From Eledone cirrhosa (taxonomy: Eukaryota), in the NCBI GenBank assembly GCA_964016885.1, contig OZ024754.1, positions 7,254,001 through 7,318,000 on the forward strand: a DNA stretch of 64,000 nucleotides. Direction: 5' to 3'. The notes beneath the pieces were generated by a model. That model did no database searches. It saw nothing but the letters and a program-made list of their open reading frames with translations, and was not told where the DNA came from. Both the position numbers and the translations under genes were made by a program. Positions within the stretch are counted from its first letter, which is position 1. Each line of letters opens with the position of its first letter. This document shows positions 55,153 to 64,000 of this stretch, one piece after another.

Positions 55153-57304
55153 GTACATAGACAGAGAGATACATATAAATAGACAGATATAGATAGACAT
55201 ATATATAGATAGGTAGACATATATATAGGCTAGTGTGTGTTTGTGCGTCTGTGTGTCTGTCAGAGGAGGTGGGCGGAGAAAAGATTAGGAAGAAGGGTGA
55301 GAATTTTGATATGGATGTTTCAAAGAGATTAACATGGAAAATTAAATAAAAAAAACTCACATGCATAAAAACCGAACAATGGAGGTGAAATGTTTTGTTT
55401 ACATCACAAGAATTCACAGGAAAAAACAAAACTAATAAGCAACAAAACAAACAGCAAAACAGAAACAACAAAATTTAAAAAAATTCAAAGAATAAAAACA
55501 AAGAACAAGAGAAAAATTTGTTGTCTTCCCTCCCACTCACCGCGATTAATGGGTTCGGATTTAGGCATAAGGTCAGTAATTTGAGAGGGAAAGAGTTGAG
55601 GGAAGCCGATATAATCGGATTCAGTACTTTTACTTTATTTTATCAACCACGAAAGGATGAAAGACAAATTCAACCTCACCATCATTTGAAATTTGAACTC
55701 AAACGGCGGAGAAACTCAGAGAAAAATGTCATCTAACAATGTGCAAAGAAACGGCTAAACAGAGCTAGTTAGCTTTGAGTGGCAGTCTGTTTAGGAGAAA
55801 GATCATTCTGAATGCTAAACCACAGTAGATCGATAGAGTTCGTAGACCGGATATCAGACTATCACTCCAGGTAGAGCCGCTACGTCTCCGTATTGAGAGA
55901 CCACAGTTCTGGAATTATCGCAAAACCAACAGACAGGAGACCCAAGAGTAGAGATCCAGCAAGATGCGCTCGGCTCCCCACTTAAGAAACGATCTTCTTA
56001 TCCATTCAACAATGCTTGGTCAAAATCAATCACAGTAAGTAGGAATCAAGATGGTGATCGTGGAAGTACTAATAATATTATGAGTAGTGTTAATATTCTC
56101 TATGATAAAACTACGATGACATACGCGGTTGATTGTCACAACCGTTAGACCTTCGAACGAAATTCCTCAAGCTCTGTATCTTTTTTGTTCCGAGTTCAAA
56201 GCGAGCCAGGTTCAACTTAGTCCTTCATCCCACGGGGAACAAGAAAATATACTATTACTAGTAATGGAGTCGGTGTAATCTACTTTCCGCTGATCCCAAA
56301 TTGCTAGGTTTTTGCCAATGTTAGAATACATTATTCGGTCGGATAAATGCTTTGCTGTATTTGGTTCGTCTCTCTATTGTCAGACCTCAAACTCCGTAGT
56401 TCTGAGTTCAAATTAATCCACCGTTCCCATCCAAAGAATTGCCAACATTTTGCCTAAATTGATGTCAACTAATTTTTAAAAATATCTATATATACATACA
56501 GAAATTTGACACTGTAAACAAACTACATAAAACATCCCGTAAAATATTTAATGCTTCTTGTCAAGAAGCATTAAGTTAAAAGCAATATTAAATGTACAAA
56601 TACAAAGTACTTTCATTCATGTTTTCACTGTATATGTTCAGTTTTATTGGTTTATAATTTGTATCAATATATGTAATTACATTGAATGATTATTGACAGG
56701 AAAGCTATCAAATAAACAAGACATACATGCCACAGTACATTTAAAGCAGTTCTTTTAAATTACATAAATTACAGTTTATTTTGCATACAGAATAGTGTCT
56801 AGCGTGTTAACGTCAATTAGATATTTCCTGTTTTTGTATAAGAAAACCACAAAACCATATCATAAATACTAACCTCAAAGATCTATCGACCATAAACACA
56901 AGCAAACAAGCATCTACACGAAATAGACCCACCTCTCTCTCTCTCTCCCACTCTCTCTCTTTCTTTATACACACATATATATATATATATATATGCAAAC
57001 ACACATCCGCACACGAATGTATACATCACTTTACACACAGCCTCTGTGTAAAGTATATTGGATCACTCCAACACCAATGTCGTCTTCTCTTTATATTCGA
57101 TAGATAATCATAAGACAAATTAAAACTCATAAACTTTCTTAATTTTATCGCATCTCATTAGTTTCAACTCAGCAATTTCCCATTTTCTGTTTTAGATTTA
57201 TGTGGTAATAAATTAAATATTCCATTAAATATTCCACCTTTCCATTAGAGAATAATATGGTTATACTATTAACATGGATAACATTATGATAATGTGGAGA
57301 TTAA

Positions 57305-57545
57305 TAGTGTGGTTGTGATAGTGTGGTTGTAATAGTGTGGTTGTGATAGTGTGGTTGTGATAGTGTCGTTGTGATAGTGTCGTTGTGATAGTGTCGTTGT
57401 GATAGTGTCGTTGTGATAGTGTCGTTGTGATAGTGTCGTTGTGATAGTGTCGTTGTGATAGTGTCGTTGTGATAGTGTCGTTGTGATAGTGTCGTTGTGA
57501 TAGTGTCGTTGTGATAGTGTTGTTATGGTAGTGTGGTTGTAATAG
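57305..57545. repeat. 14-bp minisatellite (GTGATAGTGTCGTT)n
   Basis: About 17 units. Confidence 0.95.
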
Positions 57546-58254
57546 TATAAACCTAATGGTCGTCTGTTGACTGATAGTGTCAAATAGAAATTCATAGAAG
57601 TAGTAGGTGAGATCCAATAATAATTGTTTCTAATATTGTTAACATGGATGAAATTATAGCAATATGTTGTAGGACTGTCTAGTGATGTCGTAGGTGTTAA
57701 TACATAGGAGACAGTAATGATGTTATAATACAGTTAAAATGGCTAACATTATGGAGGTAAGTTGAATGGTGTCAGGCAAATAGATGTGATGTGTTGATTA
57801 GAAAATCTTTTCTCAAAATTACTCATTGCACGAAACTTCTGGTTACAACTCTACACAGTGTTTCTTGACGATACGAAATTACGATATCACTGAATAATCT
57901 GCACGAGGTTTAATGATATCATCATGGGATATTGTTGGAAAATATACTTCTTAAAAACTAACGGTTGATGATATGACCAAAGATTAATATGGTTCGTTGA
58001 TTATTCAACGAATACAATTTTACAATAGATTAGAAGCACTCGACATTTATTTATTTATTTATTGGTTTATTTCTTGCCTTTTCCTCTTCTTTGCATCCCC
58101 CTTCTATATTTCTACCTTGCTCTACGTCCTTTTCTTCTTTAGGTTTATCATATTATTTGTGGTATAAAAACGTTGAGAGTTGATGAAATAAATCATTGCC
58201 ACTACTGGAATAGAATAATCAAAACCGTAGCGGTATGTCGCATATCAAATCTTA

Positions 58255-58316
58255 TATTTTGTCTGATGAAAACGTACTTAAACACCATTGTACCTTTAAA
58301 ATATGTCTAATAAAAT
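58255..58316 (+). ncRNA. Decayed hammerhead (F2) in old remnant 57985-58360
   Basis: TATTTTGT-CTGATGA-..GTAC..GTAC..-AAAA(G12 lost)-TATGTCTA-ATAAAAT. Inverted tail with AGCACTCGACAT near 58035. Confidence 0.5.
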
Positions 58317-59074
58317 CTATATTTTGATTATGAGAATATTTTTCATTTATTAATATTTTGAATAAGGTTGAATGATATATAGATTTTAATTCTGGTTTGT
58401 AATGCTGTGAATTGGGTGGGGTATAGTTTTACTGTAAAATAGAATGTTTTCGTGTGTATATTTCCATGTAATGCATGCTCCGAGTTAATATTCTGGTTTA
58501 GAGTTAATAAAGGTCCAGTACACCAGAGTGTTGGATTGGTAGAATTGTTCGAGTTTCAGTAGAGATGCCGACCTCTATTCAGACTATTTACTGTTGAAGT
58601 TAAATCCCTCTATGGGATAGTTGGACGATACACCCAATCTGCCGATCAGATTAACAATATCACATGACATTTAGATGGCTTTTCTGGAGTCTACTCTTTT
58701 GTAAGCTATCGTGTGATAAAGGTTTGGCTTTAAGAATATATTTCGGGGTCGCGAAATAACTTACTAGATAGATATGGCGGCTTGGCGGACTTCTTACAGA
58801 AATTTATTAAGTCCTAAGTTTTCTATTTTGAGGGCATTTTCTACTGAAACACTGGTAATGATACATTAACGCTTATCTTTCTCTTCGATATCATTGTTGA
58901 CTTTGAGAATAGATATGTGTATTCTTGGACAACAGCGAACCTAATAAAACGAACCTTAAGTTGTGCCATTGAGAGGAACTTTCCATGTCGAGATACTTGG
59001 ACCGTCTTTAAAATGACGTTACAAAACTTGAACTCCTATTGAGAATTAAGAAGCAGACTATATGACATATAATG

Positions 59075-59289
59075 ATTTCAAGTATAGGCACAAGACCAGT
59101 ACTTTAGTGGGAGGGGAAAGTCGATTAAATCGACCCCATTACGTTACTGGTACTTTATTTTATCGACCCCGTAAGGATGAAAGGCAAAGTTAACCTCGGC
59201 GGGATTTGAACTCAGATCATAAAGGGGCGTAACTTTATGCTCCAAAGCATGGCGTCCGACCTTCTACCGATACTGCCAATCCACCGCCC
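59075..59289 (-). mobile_element. SINE family A with TSD; truncated plus-strand copy at 59617-59725
   Basis: TATATGACRTATAAT duplicated. The second copy is flanked by AGTAATTTAAAATAAGGGTT. Confidence 0.9.
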
Positions 59290-60452
59290 TTATATGACGT
59301 ATAATAAAAATGGAATTCATCGGGTGCAATTTAGAAAAAAACAAATGAAAATGTAGTTTCCTTTCCGGAATTAAGTCAACACTTGAACTAAAAAATGTAC
59401 CATACAAATATTTCGTTGTGTTGATGGAGAACACGACAAATGCTTTACCCTGAAAATGGCAAGGGTATTGTGCTGAAAGACGCAGTTCACTTCATGGGAC
59501 TCATAAAACTAAAATGGAAACAAAAATGATCTATAGTTGGGGACAGATTACATAATTCTGTAAACGTTAAATCCGCACAGACCTTACATAACTGTGCATC
59601 AGTAATTTAAAATAAGGGTTCAAATCCCGCCGAGGTTAACTTTGCCTTTCATCCTTACGGGGTCGATAAAATAAAGTACCAGTAATACACTGGGTAATTT
59701 CTGGCCTTGTGCCAAACGTAGAAACGAGTAATTTAAAATAAGGGTTAAATTGATGGAATAGTTAAGAATTGTAATCAGTATTAATAAGCTATTTAGTATT
59801 CTATGTACACCAATCGGAAGTCAGAAAATGAAGTAGAAACTATAAAAATGAAGAACTCACAAAGGAAAATAGTGTATTAACCGAAGATTGGGTCTTTAAA
59901 AGATAATTTGAGGAATAATAAAATTATATGTGATATCACTATTCCAATGTCGAAATATCATTACATTCACGTTAAATGGTAATTTAGCGTCGAGAAAATC
60001 TAATAATTTTTCTTTAAAGGAATATCATTGTCACGATTATATCCCGCTTTATGCAAATTGTTCATTGCAATCTAATAAAGTTGACTTTCAATCATTATTT
60101 GCTGTTTCTATTAGAGGTATTAATAATATTACTGTTGGTGGTGGTGGTGTTATTTTAATCAGGTAGTTATATGAGGCTACCTTACATTCAAATCACTGAA
60201 GAAGGGGTCGTATTACATCCACTATTGTAATGTCATGAATACTAATGACTGATGTCTATTGAGTTTGACGGCAATCAATAACAAACTTTCATTATGATGA
60301 TTATTGAACTAAACAAATTTATCGAACAATTACAGCAGCGCATTCATGCACAACACTCACCTGTGAAATTGAATGGAGGAATATATAAATAAATATATAT
60401 ATATAAATAAATATATATATAAAATATATATATATATATAAATATATATATA

Positions 60453-60826
60453 TAGTAATAATAATAAAATTGAAGACTAAAATCCAAAGAGGGCTCGATA
60501 AGGAAAATACATATCAAATATATAAGAACCGTAGAGCAAATATTTATTAAAATAACAGATTAAAGTTTAAGCAAAGAATCGCTGCTTTCACCCTTAACGG
60601 GATCTTCTGAAACTAACAAAGTCAATCTGTAAACGCAGAACTGGATATTTCAAAAAACGTTGCAACCGGAGGAAGACAGGAAGACGATACTTTGGTTCGT
60701 GGTAACGTTCGCTGGCAAAGAACGGGAAAAAACGAATAATACGTCATTAATAGGAGCTGTGAAAAACAATTACGCGCAAAGACAAAACCACTTTGCTTAA
60801 ACTTTAATCTGTTATTTTAATAAATA
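60453..60826 (-). mobile_element. Penelope-like remnant (F6) with short inverted arm
   Basis: 60541-60575 inverted at 60792-60826, (TA)n flanks. Confidence 0.7.
60564..60614 (-). ncRNA. Hammerhead-like fold with CAGAAGA core (F6)
   Basis: AGTTT-CAGAAGA-T-CCC GTTAA GGG-T-GAAA-GCAG CGATTCT TTGC-TT-AAACT. All three stems pair. Confidence 0.65.
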
Positions 60827-60866
60827 TATATATATATTGACTAGACCCCACAACTAACCGTGGATA

Positions 60867-60927
<61 letters not shown>

Positions 60928-60939
60928 TACACATATTGT

Positions 60940-61232
60940 GAAGGCGCATGGCTTAGTGGTTAGAGCATTGGGCTTGCAATCGAAAGGTTGTGAGTTCAAT
61001 TCTTGGACCGGGTGATGTGTTGTTTCCTTGAGCAAGACACTTTATTTCACATTGCTCCAGTTTACTCAGCTGAATATGAGTAACAGCAATAGCTGGAGGT
61101 TTAACCTTGCGATGGACTGGCGTCCTGTCCAGGGGGAGGGGGGGTCTTGTACTCTCAGTTGCTTCACGCCATGAAACCGGGATAAGCACCGGCCAAATGA
61201 GCCTTCTGGCTTAAGACAGACTTTAGACTTTT
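60940..61232 (+). mobile_element. SINE family B, tail type 2 (V-domain-like)
   Basis: tRNA-like head, CORE-like domain, GCGATGGACTGGCGTCCTGTCCAGGG, AGACTTT tail repeats. Confidence 0.85.
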
Positions 61233-61439
61233 TAGATTAAATATATTGGTACACACTCTCATATATATATATATATATATATATAATACATATTTGTGCA
61301 CACACACTCTCTCTCTCCCTCTTTCCCCCCACCCCACCTCTCTCTCTTTACACACACACACGTCCTACATGATATCTTTGTAACCAACCCCACACAATTG
61401 TCTATTGAGGCTGTGGCACTCTCTCTCTCTCTCCCCATC

Positions 61440-61626
61440 TGTCTGTCTCTCTCTCTGTCTGTCTCTTTGCCTGTCTGTCCATATCTCTTTCTTTCTCTTT
61501 GCCTGTCTGTCCATATCTCTTTCTTTCTCTTTGCCTGTCTGTCCATATCTCTTTCTTTCTCTTTGCCTGTCTGTCCATATCTCTTTCTTTCTCTTTGCCT
61601 GTCTGTCCATATCTCTTTCTTTCTCT
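61440..61626. repeat. 30-bp pyrimidine-rich minisatellite
   Basis: (CTTTGCCTGTCTGTCCATATCTCTTTCTTT..)n, about 5 units. Confidence 0.9.
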
Positions 61627-62849
61627 CACGCTTTGTTGTTCCTATATTTGTGTATTTTATTTTCCCTGCATTTGAATGTCACAATTTTCAAGTCTCATCA
61701 GTATGTAGATTTTTTTTGTCGATTCCTTGTCCAATGGGTCCCAATCAGTACCGTTGTTGTCTTGTCCAGAATCTATTGTGACTCCACCCCAAAAGGATCT
61801 CTTCTTTGAAGGGCTATTGATGCACTGGGAGGTTTACTACTGTATTTAAGCCTACCAGAACTATGAGAACGCAAAGTAGATAGCTGCTGAGCAGGGACTT
61901 TCTATGTATTTGTCCTTCGAAGGTTTCTGTGTCCTTTATTTGTCATCTGTTTTATTGTTTGACTGATTTACAAATATTTATAAACAAAAAAAACAGTCTT
62001 CCTGCAAGGATCAGTAATGTGTGACCCCGAAGTATTAGCCGTAGTCGACTATCTTGTTGGCTTTAATGTTAGCCTGTACTTGTATATAGGATACATTGAA
62101 TACGAGATACTTAAAACGTAGCAATATTTGTAAAAACTAGAATTGTCCAACGAAATGTTTATGTATTTGATTGTAACAACAAAGGACATACATAGAAAAT
62201 TGTTTAAACACAAAATATGGTTTATATTGCATAAATATGAAATGCCATCTGCTTTGTACACTTGAATAACATTTGTTTAATGGAAATCTCTGTGAATACA
62301 TCGTGTTTCGGTTTAGTCTGTTATTGTACCTGGAAATATAATAGCCAGATATGAAAGCACTTATTTTTCGTGGTATATAAATAGTTGACACGTTATGACA
62401 TTCACGATGAGATGTTGCCCTATAGACAATATCATCTCATTATAAGAATTCTTGATTTAACATACTGTACTGATCATATCCTAAGGTACATGTAGACACA
62501 AGTATGGGATTTTCGTATCAGGATTTACATCTTCAATAACGGGTTCTACCCTTCTATAAACTAAATCAGTGTTAATTCTAATTTTGAAATAACTCAAACA
62601 TTTAAAGAAAAATTTTCTAGAGTAGATATTATGATCTATAATGTAGAAAGAAAACTGCTTCACGATATAAAATGACATGATTGAACTTATAAATCGTGGG
62701 TTGTTATGCTGGAAGAAACAAGCTATTCTTTCTCAAACCTCACACTACCATCCTAAAAATAAGAAAACTATACATTTTATCATATAGAACTTGATATGTT
62801 GTTTAGGAAATGATTGATTAATTACGACTGAAAAAATTTTAATAAAAAG

Positions 62850-63275
62850 TTTACTTCATCAGAGATGACCTGGCTCTAACAAAAGACACACACATAAAAC
62901 ATATATTTGGAGTGGAAAAGAATTTAATATAAATTTTACTTCATCAAAGATAATCTGGGTCTAACAAAAGAGAGACGCATAAAACATTTGACACATTTGG
63001 AGTGGAAAAGAATTTAATATAAATGTTACTTCATCAGAGATAATCTGGGTCTAACAAAAGACAGACATATAAAACATTTGACACATTTGGAGTCGAAAAG
63101 AATTTAATATAAATTTTACTTCATCAAAGATAACTTGGGTCTAACAAAAGACAGACATATAAAACATTTGACACATTTGGAGTGGAAAAGAATTTAATAT
63201 AAATTTTACTTCATCAGAGATAATCTGGGTCTAACAAAAGACAGACACAAAACATATATATTTGGAGTCGAAAGG
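62850..63275. repeat. 90-bp tandem repeat, about 4.5 units
   Basis: TGGAGT(G/C)GAAAAG recurs at about 62908, 62998, 63088 and 63178. Confidence 0.92.
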
Positions 63276-63661
63276 TCAGAGTAACCGAAATGCTCTCTAG
63301 ATTACATATGCATTTCTCCAATTCGTCAGTTCAAATCCTACTTGAGTTGCTTCTGTCTGTGCTACCTTTAGTGTTAGCTCGTTAACTATCAATTATATAA
63401 TAATCAGGTAGTGTGGACGGTGATTAAAATATCTTTGCACCTCTTCTGAAACCAAAGTATGTATATAGTTAAAGAGTATCATATTGAATATAATATTATT
63501 AAATGTCAGGTTGTATTTTTGATAAGGTTATTTCTGCCTCTCTTTCAATTCTATCGTAAAATGTCAATTCAAAGTTTGATTTGATTTTTGCCAAAGTATC
63601 AACACAAAGGTGTACTAAACTATATTTTTAACCTTTTCACTTCTATTGATTCTGATGACAG

Positions 63662-63723
63662 CAAGACAAATATACGTTGGGTATAGAACTATAAAACAGA
63701 CTAAAGAAATATTCGCCCAGATG
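63662..63723 (+). CDS. Candidate 62-nt exon (xRQIYVGYRTIKQTKEIFAQM)
   Basis: Pyrimidine tract with gacag acceptor, strong ATG/gtgagt donor, one open frame. Confidence 0.25.
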
Positions 63724-64000
63724 GTGAGTTATTATCGATTAAATACCATCGATTGATCTATTCCTATACTATGTAATTCAGAAGGGAATGATTGCTTTGA
63801 ATACGGATTTTAAGGCAACCAAGTATCTCTCTTACAGTTCGGTGATGAGTGTACAAATGGTTCTGACAATTAAACGACGTTCTTCATATGTTAATTGTAA
63901 GTGACTGTGAATTCAACAGACACGTGTACCTCTAATACAATTCTCATATAGATTCAGCATGTGAATCTCCTCTCCCTCCTCTCTCTCTCCTCTCCCTCCT

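Noticed and set aside
60940-61012. tRNA gene
   Set aside because: tRNA-derived SINE head continuing into CORE-like and tail domains, with an imperfect cloverleaf.
62850-63275. Retrozyme-like tandem repeat (CTGATGA on the minus strand in some units)
   Set aside because: No GAAA/NUH or stems in register, and the core alternates with TTGATGA.

Overview
AT-rich, repeat-dense eukaryotic (animal) genomic DNA. The SINE families and the extreme (TA)n/(CA)n load suggest a coleoid cephalopod such as Octopus; this is inferred from recall, not from a search. No intact protein-coding gene is evident, and almost every long ORF in the track is a microsatellite translation artefact. Recognisable content: about 35 copies of two tRNA-derived SINE families (several in tandem arrays), a non-autonomous Helitron, several MITEs (Tc1/mariner/pogo, piggyBac, hAT, fold-back), LINE 3' remnants (RTE, Tx1-like, CR1/L2-like, R4-like) and many minisatellites. 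A chain of small, phase-compatible candidate exons may belong to a host gene. The main signal is a community of short fold-back insertions sitting in (TA)n tracts, with the architecture of 5'-truncated Penelope-like retroelements (inverted pLTR plus tail). At least 7 distinct families carry type I hammerhead ribozyme folds, about 20 motifs in all. Three unrelated families have a compensatory U3-A8 core (UUGAnAA). One of these has a long stem II and overlaps the end of an ORF. A fourth family has a fixed CAGAAGA (A4) core. All ribozyme folds were assigned by eye and none has been tested for activity.
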